A stretch of DNA of 64,000 nt, taken from positions 3,658,001-3,722,000 of the forward strand of contig OZ024759.1 in assembly GCA_964016885.1 (NCBI GenBank), in the 5' to 3' direction. Source of the DNA: Eledone cirrhosa. Its lineage: Eukaryota. The notes beneath the pieces were generated by a model. It saw nothing but the letters and a program-made list of their open reading frames with translations. It searched no databases and was not told where the DNA came from. A program made the position numbers and the translations under genes. Positions 39,940-54,120 of this stretch are shown here, piece after piece. Every line of letters begins with the position of its first letter. The stretch's first letter is position 1.

Positions 39940-40265
39940 ATTTAGGCGGTGATAGCACGCAATACATGAACGTATGGTTCGTGAGTTCGAATCCCATACC
40001 GGGTGGTCTGTACGTCGGGGCCTTGAACAAGACACTTTATTTCTCATTGTTTTATTTCACCCAGCTGGCAAAAATAATAAGTTGTAATAATTATAGTGGA
40101 AATGTTGTTACATAGAATTGTCACACTGAATCTCCCTGAGAAGAATGTCAACGGTATACGTGTCAATGAAATACTCAGACACATTATAATATAAGATGGG
40201 TTCTACATGTATTTCAAAGGGAAGCCATGCCATACGTCTTGCTGAATCTCCCTGAGAACTACGTA
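39940..40265 (+). mobile_element. Degenerate tRNA-derived SINE
   Basis: gagttcgaatccc B box, ccttgaacaagacacttt core, ctgaatctccctgagaa tail. Confidence 0.6.
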
Positions 40266-40269
40266 TATA

Positions 40270-40956
40270 CTAGTGACTATCAGACATAGTGTATCTAGGA
40301 TTACATTATCTAATGTACAGTACAGTAGTTAGTATTAGTGGCTATAAGACATAGTATATCTAGGACTACATTATCTAATGTACAGTATAGAAATTAGTAT
40401 TACTGGCTATAAGACATAGTGTAACTAGGACTACATTATCTAATGTACAGTATAGAAATTAGTATTAATGGCTATCAGACATAGTGTACCTAGGACTACA
40501 TTATCTAATGTACAGTATAGTGTCTATCAGACATAGTGTACCTAGGACTACATTATCTAATGTACAGTATAGTGGCTATCAGACATAGTGTACCTCGGAC
40601 TACATTATCTAATGTACAGTATAGTAGCTATTAGACATAGTGTACCTAGGACTACATTATCTAATGTACAGTATAGTGGCTATCAGACATAGTGTATCTA
40701 GGACTAGATTGTCTAATGTACAGTATAGTGGCTATCAGACATAGTGTATCTAGGACTACATTATATAATGTACAGTATAGTGGCTATCAGACATAGTGTA
40801 CCTAGGACTACATTGTCTAATGTACAGTATAGTGGCTATCAGACATAGTGTACCTAGGACTACATTATATAATGTACAGTATAATGGCTATCAGACATAG
40901 TGTACCTAGGACTACATTATCTAATGTACTATATAGCAGTTAGTAATTGTGGCTAT
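40270..40956. repeat. 52-bp minisatellite (some 64-bp variants), about 12 units
   Basis: Unit tggctatcagacatagtgtacctaggactacattatctaatgtacagtatag. Confidence 0.93.
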
Positions 40957-40976
40957 CATTATTATAGACTTCAAGT

Positions 40977-41141
40977 CGGTAGAGGGTCAGACGCCATGCT
41001 TTCCAGCATAGTTACGTCCCTTTACGATCTGAGTTCAAATCCCGCCGAGGTTGACTTTGTCTTTCATCCTTAGGGGGTCGATAAAATAAAGTACCAGTAA
41101 TGCACTGGGTAATTACTGGTCTTGTGCCTAAAGTAGAAACA
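40977..41141 (+). mobile_element. SINE (family of 6155-7050) with a 19-bp target duplication; an oppositely oriented copy lies at 41630-41818
   Basis: attattatagacttcaagt on both sides; gagttcaaatccc B box. Confidence 0.8.
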
Positions 41142-42051
41142 ATTATTATAGACTTCAAGTAAATCTTTGTCAACTTACCTCCTTCACATATAATCAATGT
41201 GTTGTGTTGTTAGTTGTTACTAAACAACCAAAGAAATAATCTCTTTGTTATCAAATTAGAAGTTTCAATGTTATCAGCTTTATTTCCCGACATTAACGTT
41301 GGTGTATCTTCTTCATCTTTAGTCATAAATTGATATCTTGTCAGAATGAAGTAGTGAGGATGACTTTATATCTTTAGCTACAGATTTGATAGGAAATATA
41401 TATAGATTAGATTGATATGTGGTCTAAAATATATATATTGTCTATAAATGACTGATAGCAGATGTTCTGGTGAAATAGTAGTTTTACTACTACAGATTGT
41501 AATGGAACTCTTAGTAGACACAATTGTAAAGTAAGAATAGATATGACAGTGTAAGACTGATGTCGGGGAAATAAACTTGTGTATATATATATAATTGTTA
41601 CACAAGATATAATTAGATTAATTAAAGTTATAATTGTTTCTACTTTAGGCACAAGGCCAGCAAAGACCCAGTGCATTACCGGTACTTTATTTTATCAACC
41701 CCGTAAGGATGAAAGGCAAAGTCAACCTCGGCGGGATTTGAACTCAGATCGTAAAGGGACGTAACTATGCTGGAAAGCATGGCGTCCGACCCTCTACCGA
41801 TACTGCCAATTCACCGCAATGAAGGCAGCAGGTACTCGGTATCGTTGCGCATGTTTCAACTCTCTTCCCGGTGTCATACGTTAAAAGTCCCTGATATAAT
41901 TTAATACCTTCAGACACAGTTCCAATCGTTTTTAGTTTATTGTAAATCAGAAAGTATCACTCTATAAAATATCAATTATATATCAATAAGAAAACCTCTA
42001 GGTAGTCTCACTGACTGCTAGAAATAGCAGCGATATTACCCATTACAACTG

Positions 42052-42082
<31 letters not shown>

Positions 42083-42719
42083 CACACATATATGTACGTA
42101 TGTATGTATATGTGTATATATGTGTATGAATGAGTATGTATGTGTGTATATGTGTACATAGGGTTTTGGTATATGTACGTTTGGTGAACATATGTGTATT
42201 TACCTGTAGGTATGTGTGAGTGTGCGTTCTATACGCATTTATGCGTGTATATTTATATATGTATTTATAATTATATGTATATATACACACACAAACATAT
42301 ATTTATATGTGTATTTGGTGCATACAATCGTATGTGTGCGGGTATATGTGTTGCGCCGGTTTACGTCCGTGCGCGCCTGTTTATGTGTACGTATATGTAT
42401 ATGCATGCATGCCGTGAGTTTTCGCATATGCTCGTGTATAAATGTGTGTATGTATATATTTAATTATTATTACTTTTATGATTTTAATGACATCTGTCAT
42501 TTTCGTTCAACTAATTTATTTACATTATTCTGGACTCCGAAGCCGAGCATCATTCAGTTTCCTTAATAGAATATTAGTCTACGACTCCATTTACACTATA
42601 AACGTGGTTTTGTCTTTACGTGTAATTGTTGTCACCGCTCCACATAACGACGTATTATCTTCTTTTTCCCGTTCATTGCCAGGGAACGTCTTCACGAATC
42701 AAAGCATAAATTATTTTCA

Positions 42720-43280
42720 CGAGCTGACGTACCCAGCTTCGCCCGGGTAAATAGATGATAAAAGAAAAGGTCCCTATTTACTCCCTTCACAACTCTGTAT
42801 GTTAGACTGACAGACAGGCACACAGACAGATAAACTGCGTGGCGATTGTGGAACGCCACACGTATACACACATACACGCACACAAACTTACACACGCACC
42901 CGTGCACTTACACACACGCACACACTCACACATGTTGATAGTTTTTACTTTCTGTGGAACGCTGCACGCACGCACACATACATAAACATACGCGCACGTA
43001 CATACACACGCACACATGTTAATAGTTATTGCTTTACTCCCCCTCTTATTTCCACACACATCACACACACACACGTCTCTACACTGACACATATACATAG
43101 TGTATCCAACACAGCGTTCACTTTGCCTCTCTCTCGCCTCTCACTCTCTCATTGGCATTATACATATTAATTTAAGTTTGGCGTCGTTGAGGTGGGCGGA
43201 GTCGTTAGAAACCTATGAACCAATGATAATCGAGAATTATGACACACGGAATATTGACATTGTTGAAATTAATATATAGA
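42720..43280 (-). mobile_element. Non-autonomous mini-Helitron, tandem to the large element
   Basis: 5' TC at 43280; body matches 48710-49119; 3' hairpin acccgg-gcgaag-ctgggt followed by CTCG (mutated CTAG). Confidence 0.85.
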
Positions 43281-46200
43281 CTAGCTGACGTACCCAGCTT
43301 CGCCCGGGTAAACAGATGATAAGAGAAGACAGGTAAAAGAGAAAATGTCTGTATTGGATGTTTGTCTGGTTACAGTGTGAGGCGAGTCCGTGTTGTCTGT
43401 GTGATACAAAAAAACTGTAAAAGAAATCTTCCAGATATACCAGATTCTTCGTTGTCCGGTTTGTGCATAGTATATGAACAATTCTAGGTGCTCCCACCTA
43501 GAATAGTGACCTCTAGGAGATGGTTCCTCTTCGGCCTGACTGGAAAACGTGTATCATTGCATAGACGTGGTTGTTCCACGTTTCTCAAAAGGATGATGGA
43601 AGTTCCAATCTGTTATATTATATGTAGATATAGATATAGATAATTAATAAAAAAGATGTCCGTCAATGTAAAGAAGGTCCCTATTTACTTGAAATGGTTT
43701 ATACAAATGCCAAATTAATATGGATATGGATAACATGCTTATCTATAAGTGGTCAGCTATAATAATAAACCAACAAATTATATGACACAAACATTTATTC
43801 AGTAATTTCCAGGCTCTTAGCCACTGAGTAATAGACAGTCAATATTGCCCAGAGTTCAACTCGGGGAGGTGGCCTGGTTTGAACTCAAAATGGCGGATCC
43901 TTCTACTTCGAAAATAGAATGGTTTTTCAATATTACTCTAGCCCTGGCCGGCCATAGGCACCAAACTTTTTGCCAGACTCAGCATATGATGAGGTTTTAT
44001 TTCCACTGCAATCAGAAGCGATAAATTTGAAGGCAATTTCTACCAATACTTGTTGGTTTTTATTGCTCATTATCGACAATAAATGACATTGAACATAAAT
44101 GATAACTCTGCCAAAGCTCACAATACAGATGAAAGGAAACCAATGTCCGAATCATATACGTCGCTTATTGATAGCATTAAAGATATGCATACATCAGCTC
44201 AAAGCTTCATTATAGACAATATTTAGGTTTGTTCCTCTGTTAGTGGTATCAATTGCAAATTTTATACCATCAGGATCGCACACTCGAGATGCAGCAACAT
44301 ACAGTTGCCCATGGCTGGATCATTCAAGCAGACACCGACTCGCTTGAAAGTCTGTCCCTGTGCCTTGTTGACAGTCATGGAGAAGGCCAAATTGACGGGA
44401 AACTGTCTCCTTTGCCAAATAAATGGCAGCAGATCTTCACTTGGTCTCAGCATGATCCTCGGAATGAGAACCGATTCCTCTCTGCCTGGGAGTTTAGCTT
44501 CTAAAACTCTTCCGTTAATCAATCTCTCAACAATCAATCTGGTACCATTGCAAAGACCCATTTTATGATTGATATTTCTAAGCAATATAATCGGCAAACC
44601 CTTTTTCAACCTCAAAATATGTGGGGGAAATCCGGGTATTTGAAGTGAATTCAGATACTCAGTCGGAACATCCATACTGTTCTGCTGATTAGGCTCCATT
44701 GCATCCGCACTGACGGTCAACCATTCCTCTCCAGGAAACATTCCGGCTACTTGTGAATTTATTTCATCGACCGTTGCATTCGTATGAGTTAGAATAACAC
44801 GTTCCGATATTCAGGAGAGATTCTGCCAAAAAGCATTCAAATTAGGGAACACCCAGTCAATCAAGCCTTGGCGGTCCAGTGGCATGACCAAATGGTCTGG
44901 GATTCATACAGTCTGATTATCACCAACGTGTGGCAATTCATCGTTTCCCAACTGCATCAACCATCGGCCGTATGTCTCAGCCTCTTCGTTTTGCCCGAAC
45001 ATAGGAAGTCGCATATTATCGTGTAATCGCAAAACTCTGAAATGGCGCCACAATGGGTACTTTTTCAGACATGCATCGACAATTTGCGCTCTTTGAGCAT
45101 TCCTAACAATTGGTAGCACCTGTCTGAAATCGCCACCAAGAACGATAGTCTTACCACTGAATGGCAGGTCACTACCGCAGATATCTCTCAAAGTTCTGTC
45201 CAATGCCTCCAGCAAATATCTGTGTGCCATTGGAGCCTCGTCCCAAATAATCAGAGACGTATTGCGTATAAGGCCCGCGAGTTCACTTTGTCCTGTAATA
45301 TTACAGACACTCAACTCATCTGGAGCCAATGGAGCCTTGAAGCATGAGTGGAAGGTCCTTACACCACTCAGCAAAGTGGCAGCGATGCCCCTGGTGGGCA
45401 CAGGGAGAGCAATCTTCCTCTGAGCTCTGACTGCCGATAACATAGTGTTGAAACAGAATGTCTTTCCGGTGCCTCCTGGAACATCTATGAAAGCACAAAG
45501 TTGCTCATTAGTGGAAATCGAGTGGAGAGCGCCATCGACCAATTCTCTGTGAGATTGGGTCAACATTGGCATACGTTCATCCACAATACGTTGCTGTTCC
45601 AGTGGATCAAACTGGAATAGTTCCCTCCGATCGAGTGGCAACCGTCTAAGCTGCAATCTCATGTTCAATGCTAAGACACGTTGCCGCATTTCTTCATCAG
45701 GAATTGGTAAATTGAAATCTGTTAAACATTTCAAATGAACTTCGAGCAGTTGCTCAATATTGAGCAAAACAATAGCTTTCAGCAAATTTTCATCATAGAC
45801 CTGAAGATGATGCCTAAAATCATCAGCCATAATTCCCCAATGGCGTTCAAATAACTCTCTTGGATCGGCAGGTTTGCAGAATCCTAGAATCGTGACAAAT
45901 AACTGCCTTATTCGAGCTGGCATCTGTGTTGTTCCTGCAGCTTCCATGGCGTTATTCCATTCAGCGTCATCCTGAAGGAGTCCCAGATGCTGACCCACAG
46001 CCTGGTATCTTTTATATTCCACGCCATTGATTGTTTTCAAATCAGCGAAGCTCTGTTTACCTCTCGAAAAATCACTATGCAACAGAACTCGGAGATAAAA
46101 CACATCACCAGATGCTGGATGGACATTACAAACCCGTCCAATAGTCATGAATCTCAACTTTTGTTTTCTATCATTCCATTTCTTTCCCTTCTTATCCCAC

Positions 46201-49119
46201 GTATAGTGCGAAGGGAAATCGCAGTAGAGTTGCTTTTGATCCGGGTTCAAAGCATGTTCCCTATTATGCTTGAACCACTCAGTCAATTCCGTCTTAGGAG
46301 GTGGTGCGTTAGCAATTCTTTCGATACCTCTTCTAGTGTCCTTAAAACAGACCATTTGCCTATTCTCTAAGTGAACCGTCAGTTTCTGAACGCTGGGTTT
46401 GCGTTCAATGAGATCAAAATCGAACAATCTCCAGCAAGCTTCGCTAGATCCAATCGAGCGAACATCCTGGAACCTGCCAACTTCATCTCCTTGGTTCACT
46501 TCCTCATTCCTGACATTCATCATTGCCCCATCATGACCTTTGTAAACATACTTGAATAGATATTTGCAAGCTTTCACTGAGCTACAAATTTCCACATTAA
46601 TATGACAACGATATTTCATAATCAAATATGGATTGTATGGCACAACCCATTGATTTGTAACCTGTCGACCGTTTACATTTTCGACCAAACCGCCATCGGC
46701 AGGCGACCGTCTTCTGTATGAGGGATGAGCATCCCCATCATTCCAGGAAGTGTTCGTGACAAAAGATTTCGGAAAGTGCTTACTGCATTGGCCATTTTTC
46801 ATGCAAGGCGCTTTCCGATTTGCCACTCCGCATTGGTTGTGCACCATTGACTTTGCCACCAAGTTGCATAGTGCCTCATTCTCCGGCAGTTCAGCACACA
46901 CAATGCTGTCGACATCCTCAGCACATCACAATTTGCAATCTCTATGTAAAATGAGCAGCAAATGTGCATGTGGCAATCCTCTTTTTTGGAATTCAATTAC
47001 GTATGTAAAAGCAACTATACCTCCAAAGATTCCCTCTTTTTCCACATCATCCATTATTTTTTTCAGATATCCTTTGAATACTCTTGCCACAATATCAGGA
47101 CGGTCCTTTGGCTGTTGTCCTGGCAAAAGTGCATCCTTAATATCAGTCCATTCAGGATTGCATGTAACTGTTATAAACAAATCTGGCTTTCCAAACTTTC
47201 TGACAATAGCCATTGCATCCTGATAGCGAATGTTCATATATCTCGGGCCGCCGATGAACGACGATGGCAAAATGATGCGTCGACCAATTTGCTTGTAATT
47301 GGCATCATCGGCTGTTATCGCATCCTGTATATTATTATACAATTCAGCTCTGATATGTTGCTGATGTGTAGCTATATAATTTAGCCTTTGATTTTCGATC
47401 TTTGCGTATGCCATACAACAGTATTCCTGGAACAATCTGCTGGCTTGAAATAGCGCATTTCTCTGTTGATTCCTCTCGTTCAAATGGAACGCGTAAAAGT
47501 CGCAAATCGAATTATTGTGTCTATTGCCACCTCCCTGTTGATGCTGATTCTCATAATCATCTAAATGAACAGACATGCTCCATCCATTTTCACCTTTTGG
47601 GAATAAAAGAACATAATGCAATGGATGGTATGTCCTATTTGACTCATTGATAGTGTTGAGACCACCATCTCTGCGATTGAGGGCGATATCTCTCGATCCA
47701 GGCTTATCGTCCATCAACACAGCAACTTCACGAAATCCTTCAGGGGCATTATATCGCCGTTCGTGTTGATTCCTTGGCACTGCGTCAGCCTTAATCATCA
47801 ATGTTTGTTGCTGAACATTTTGCAGTTCAGCCACCAACATGAAATCCATAACATAAGGATTACACTGTCTAAGCCATGATTGCAAATCATGGATCAAATC
47901 ACTTAACCTTTGCCGTTCAAGTTCAGTTATATTTCCCGGCAACTTCATCCAACCGATCCTGATATCCTCCTCCGATTCACTATAATCTGGATCGTTAACG
48001 TAAATTTGAGCGAATCAAGGCCTCTCTCCTGGGGTAACTTCTAAATTACCGATACAATGATACAAACGGCATTGAATGACGACATTCGGTTGCCATGCTC
48101 CACTCTCAAACATCTAACTCTCTGCGATGCTAAAGCTAATAAATTGTTAATTTGCCGCGAATATTTGCGCAGTAATCTACCTCGGTCTCATTGATCACCC
48201 CACATACTTAGTATTTTAAACTCCGGTGACTCCCCATCATCCGGCATTCGCAAGGGTTCTAGTTGAACTGCTCCTTTGTGACAGCACATTGTGGTCCACG
48301 TCTTTTCGTGCCACCAAAGCAATGCTCCACAATGTGGAGACTCTGCTCGTCCACCAATCTGACAGTGACACGGTTGCCATGATCCATTTTTAATATCATT
48401 CGTTCGCCTTCTAGCCTCTTTACTGGAATGAGGAGCACTTTGCGACACATTCCCTGAACTTCTGTATTGCGCTGGCGCTGTTCAGCCAGCTCCTCTTCAT
48501 CCATCGGAGCACGCCATTGCTGCTGAATTCTGGCCACCTGCTGATGATGCTCAGCCAGTTCGTTTTTCAACCATCGCAGCACTCCGTCGCCGCTGTAGTT
48601 CACTGTTTGATAAAGTCGAATTGCTTTTCTTATCAGTATTCATTTGGAGCAATTGTAAAAAAAAATGACACAATAATAAATATAAAAGATGTCCGTCAAT
48701 GTAAAGAAATGTCCCTATTTACTCCCTTCACAACTCTGTGTATGACAGACAGGCACACAGACAGATAAACTGCGCGGCGATTGTGGAACGTCACACGCAT
48801 ACACGCATGGAAACGCGCACACGCACGCAAACTTACACACGCACACACTCACACATGTTGATAGTTTTTACTTTCTGTGGAACACTGCACGCACGCACAC
48901 ACACATAAACATACGCGCACATACATACACACGCATACATGTTAATAGTTATTGAACACAGTGTTCACACTCTCCCCTCTCACTCCCTCATTGGCATTAT
49001 GCATATTAATTTCAGTTTGGCGTCGTTGGGGTGGGCAGAGTCCTTTGAAACCTATGAACCAATGATAATCGAGAATTGTGACACACGGAATACTGACGTT
49101 CTTCAAATTAATAAATAGA
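43281..49119 (-). mobile_element. Helitron (rolling-circle transposon) with both termini
   Basis: A|TC 5' end at 49119; subterminal hairpin and CTAG|T 3' end at 43281; encodes Rep/helicase. Confidence 0.92.
44200..48603 (-). pseudogene. Helitron Rep-PIF1 helicase, broken by stops and frameshifts
   Basis: PDLFITVTCNP, EFQKRGLPHAH (HUH), KYLFKYVYKG (Y2), GGTGKT, DEAPM, GDFRQVLP, CNGTRL, TVNKAQGQT. Confidence 0.93.
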
Positions 49120-49912
49120 TATATATATATCATCATCATCATCATCATCATCATCATTTTACGTCCGCTTTTCTCTGCTTGCAAGCCATGTGCCTCTTCC
49201 TATATATACATATATACTATATACATATACACACATATACATATATATATGTATATATATATATGTATATATATATACGTAATTAATACATGCATACATT
49301 TATTTTTTTTAAATTAATTGAGTTCTTAACACGCAGGATTAAAATTGTTTTTAAAAAAACTAATTAACCCACGTGTATATTATTTTACTTTCTTGTGTTT
49401 CGCGATTGCCTCCCTTTTCCCCTTCGTGACGCTGTGAAATTCCTCAGTCTAGGACTGCTGGAATTTCAAATTTGGCGGTCATTATGATGCGTGAAGGGAC
49501 GACTTAGCTGACACGAAAAATAACTGCAGTAAGAAATGTTTTCTTATATCAATGTTTGAAGGGCATCCACTGATGATTTATAAGTGCCCACCTGCATATG
49601 TTCTTACAGAAAAATATGTAGGCTTCTACATAAACCGGAAACATTCTCCCAACTTGTAGAAAACTTATAATGAAACAATTGTTTGGAAAGAGAGATATAT
49701 TTTAATTTTAATTATATCTCATATAAAATAATACAACTGGCTTTCCACAAAATACATATAGTTAGCACCCCAAACACAAAATTGGGATTATACTAAGGTA
49801 TATCCTAATGTTTGTTGAGTGAGATGGTAGTCAGTCAGAGTTTAGCTTAAAGCTTTCTCTGTTATTGTATTAAATATATGTATATATATATATATATATG
49901 TATCTATATATA

Positions 49913-52900
49913 TCACCTTGACCGACCAGTCTGTCGGGCGTCCATTCGACGCCGCTGGTCACAGCACGCCGTCCATTCCTCTCCGTATTGTGCTTTCCTC
50001 ATCCATGTAGTCCCAATCATATTCCTAAAATTGCATAAACGAACTAAGGAATAAATTAGAGATAAGAGGGATCAGATGTTGTTTACTCGAGAGAAGGCTA
50101 CGTTGGTATGGACACGTGATGCGCATGAAAGTCGATAGCTGTATAACAAAGTGCAGGGCAATAAAGATAGACGGTAGTCACGGAATAGGCAGACCTAGAA
50201 AAACCTGGGACGAGCTGATAAACTCCGACATCACACACTTACACCTCTCCAAGACAATGTCACTGGACCGAGACCTTTGGCGGTACTCAGTAACAGAGAA
50301 GACCCGCCTTACCTAAATATATAGTAAAACCTACTCCAGCCAGTAGGCATCTCTAACAAATACACCCCGTCCCACCACCCCCACCCGATCCACACCCCCC
50401 CGTTCTATGTAAAGTTATGTTGGTGCCGCGCCATCGAGGCCGAAACAAATGAGATCGTGTAGGTGTCACGACAAAAAAACACACAGTCCACGCTGTAATG
50501 TGGCCGTGTAGGCAACACGGTAAAAACCTCCCAGACCCACACTGTAAATGTGGTTGGTGTTAGGAAGGGCATCCAACTGTAGAAAACCTGCCAGACAGTC
50601 CTATGCGAGCAAGACAATCACTCTTGCCTCAAGTGGGACTACCCCCGTCCAAACCCATGCAAGCGTGGAACACGGACGTTAAACGCTGATGATGATGATG
50701 ATGATGATGATCTGCCACCTTCATGGAGGCCTTCCGAGTGGTCGCTTCCACTCGCACGGGTACCACTCCGCAACTGCGCAGGTCCGGTGATTATCGGTGA
50801 ACCGGGCGACGTGTCCAGCCCATCTGAACTTGCTGCGTATATATTGCGCGATGACGTCCCTCACACCGGACTTCTGTCTAATGACTTCGCTCCTGATGTG
50901 CTCTCTCAACAAGATTCCTAGCATTGATCTCTCCATGGCTCTTTGAGCCGTTACCAGCCTCTGCTCTTCTCTCTTCGTTGTAGCCCAAGATTCACTGCCA
51001 TATAACATTGCAGGTAAAACTGAAGGGGTTGGCGTGGGTGGTCTTGTCCAACCTCCCCTTGAGCACATCCCTTATGCCGCTGAACGCCTTCCATCCCTTA
51101 CTCTCTGCGAGATCAGCCTCTCAATGTATTGGCGCATGTTCACTTCTTGTCCTAGGTAGACGTATTCCTCCACCTCCTCTATTTCATCACCACCAACCAC
51201 CATTCGACCTGTTGGTACGTTGTCGGACCGCATGAAGTTCGTTTTCATGCTGTTCATCTTGAGGCCTACTGCAGAGCTTTTGATGTCGAGCTCCGTCAGC
51301 ATGGTCTGAAGCCGATCCGTGGTTTCAGCGATGAGTACGATGTCATCAGCGAAACGGAGGTGGGTAAGTATCTCCCCATTGATGGTGACACCGCCTTGCC
51401 AGTCAATGCCTCTGATGATCTGCTCGAGACACGCGGTGAAAACTTTTGGAGAGATCGTATCTCCTTGCTTCACTCCCTTCTCGACCGGCACTCGTACGGG
51501 TGATGACAGCAGAGCTGTGTCGGTGGTGCATCCGGAATTTGCCTCCTTGAGCAGTTGAACGTATTCTGCCTCGACTCCTTGCCTCTGCAGCGAGTTCAGC
51601 ACTGCGTTGATTTCGACGCTGTCGAAGGCCTTCTTGTAGTCTACGAACGCGACGCAAAGAGGCATCTTGTACTCTTTTGCTTGCTCAAGCAGTTGTGTCA
51701 GAGTAAATATGTGGTCCATCGTGCTGTAGTTCTTCCGGAAGCCGGCTTGCTCTTTCGGTTGCGGTTCGTCCAGATGATGTGATAACCTGTTCAGGATTAT
51801 CTTCGTGAACAGCTTGTACACGTGAGACAGCAGGAATATGGGTCAGTAGTTCTTCAGATCTTGTCTATCGCCCTTCTTTTATAGCAGGATGGTATTCGAC
51901 TCTTTCCACTGCGAGGGTATTCTTCCCTCGTCCAGATCGTGTGTGAATCGCTCGGCGAGGATTTTCCAGAGCTGTTCTCCGCCTGACTTCAACACCTCCG
52001 ATGTTATTCCGTCTTTCCCTGGCGCCTTTCCGCTTTTCATTACACCGACGGCTCTTTCCACCTCACCGACAAGGATGGGTGGCACATTTTCTTCCTGTTG
52101 GAGTGACGGCAACGGCTGCACATTCCCGGCAGACTTGAAGAGCTTGGTGTAGAAGTCTTCGTAAATCTTTTCCATCTCATTCTTGTCGCTGACCGGTACT
52201 CCAGCTGTGTTCTTCAGGGTCGTCACCTCCGATCTGTACATTGCCATGTCCGTCTCGCATTTCTTGAGGCTCTTCTTTTCCTCTGCGGCCTTCAGGAGCT
52301 TCCCCATCCGGTATGCCTCGAAGTCTCTCTTCAGTTGCCGTATCACTCTGCTGAGAAGGGAATATTCGAGGTGATTTTCAGGTGTCCTCTTCATAATCTT
52401 CCTCTTCTCAAGCAACTTCATAGTTTCCTCCCAGACTCTTCCCTTCCGCTCCTTCGGGCACACACCCTTAGCCTTCCTCAAGCACTCCTTCAGTTTCCTT
52501 ATCAGTGAGTCGTAGTCAGCGTCTATGCCGTCTCCTTTACACCACTTTTCCTGCATGATGGCTTCCTGCTGCTGCGCCTCGTTGAAGACCCAGACGCGTT
52601 CTCCCTTCGACGCCAAATGCAGCGCCTTCTTCTCCCTCGTCCGATCGATGACGACCTTCGGCCTCACCAGACGATGATCACTGCCAGTGTTAAATGGCGT
52701 TATGACGAAGACGTCCTGCAGTATACGTCGCTTGTCGACCAGGATGTAGTCGATCTCGTTTCCGTGCTCAGAATTTAGCGATACCCAGGTCCATCTTTTC
52801 TCCTCCTTCTTCCTGAATAGGCTGTTTCCAATGTAGAGCCGTCTCATCTCCGCCATGGTGACCAGACACTCTCCTCTCTCATTTCGATCTCCTAGGCCGA

Positions 52901-53560
52901 ATTTTCTTACATACTCTTCCCCTTGCCGTCCCTGTCCGACCTTTGCGTTGAAGTCCCCCATCACGACGGTGTAAGTGGACTTCACAGCTAGCACTTTGTC
53001 TAGCTGGCGATAGAATTCTTCCACTTCCTCGTCGTCGCTGGCACTTGTGGGAGCGTAGGTCTGGATGATCTTGAGGGTGGCCTTCTCTGAGAGGTTTATG
53101 TTCAGTACACCAATCCGTGACGATATGAACTGGCAAGAAGTGACCTTCGAAGCCCATTCCTTGCTTACGATAAACCCTATACCAATCTGGCATCCTCTGC
53201 TTTCCCGAGTCTCACGGCGCATCCATCTTGCCATCGGGAATTCGCCTCCTTCTTCTGGCGGGTCTTGCACAGCCCTAACACGTCCCACCTGATCTTCTTC
53301 TTCTCCTCCATTAGGTGGTTCAGTCCTTGCCCCCTGCCAAAGACCTGCAGTTGTATGTGCATATGGCAAGGTTAGTCCTGTTCCATGGCGGCCTTCGGGA
53401 ACCTGCGATTCTTAGCAGCCTCTCGTCGCTCGGGTCGCACTCCGCCGTCATGGAGCAGCCCGATTGACTCGCAGGGTACTGAGGCCCTTTTCTTCGTGCT
53501 GTTTTAACCATAAGATGACGCCATCCCATTGGCTGGGCGGGCAGGCCGGTACCTCTTCAG
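49913..53560 (-). mobile_element. GC-rich RTE LINE of a distinct family, near full length, frameshifted, with a nested insertion
   Basis: EN (TYNCRSL, YAPT, GDFNA, IDYIL, SDH), RT (QGDTISP, FADD), C-terminus WAGHVAR..RPLGRPP resuming at 50030 as FRNMIGTTWMRKAQ..EW. Confidence 0.88.
50030..50710 (+). mobile_element. 3' fragment of the (GAT)n-tailed RTE family, nested in the GC-rich RTE
   Basis: LRWYGHVMR..GRPRKTWDELI; 3' UTR matches 12840-13210; (GAT)n tail. Confidence 0.85.
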
Positions 53561-53631
53561 TTTAGCTAGCTTTTGAACTCTAGAAGATGATGAATCATCT
53601 CTAGGACCCAATTCGGGTCAAACAAATAAAA

Positions 53632-53685
<54 letters not shown>

Positions 53686-53689
53686 CATA

Positions 53690-53825
53690 TACTTGGGGAG
53701 GTTCATATTGTTGTAATAATATTGCCAGAAATAATAACAGAACACACTCACTGTTTGGTTGGTTTTCGCTTCTGTATCTTTTATATCTCCATAGTTAATT
53801 TATTTGGCAATCAAAGAACTTTGTT

Positions 53826-53874
<49 letters not shown>

Positions 53875-54009
53875 GTATATTTAACCATTGGTCAATCAAT
53901 GCCAAATAAATTAACTATGGAGATATAAAAGATACAGAAGCGAAAACCAACCAAACAGTGTTATTATTTCTGGCAATATTATTACAACAATATGAACCTC
54001 CCCAAGTAT
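53690..54009. repeat. Inverted repeat (about 110-bp arms) around a (TA)n spacer
   Basis: 53690-53809 is the reverse complement of 53900-54009 apart from an ~11-bp indel. Confidence 0.9.
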
Positions 54010-54068
<59 letters not shown>

Positions 54069-54120
54069 AAATATTAAACAAATAATGAACAAACAATTCC
54101 TTATATTAAACAAAAAAAGT

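Noticed and set aside
41179-41377. Exon-like segment with a strong GTAAGT donor ending TLIICEG
   Set aside because: Stop codons in all frames from the candidate acceptor
49565-49650. CUGAUGA ... hairpin ... GAAAC
   Set aside because: No closing stem I and no proper stem III after GAAAC
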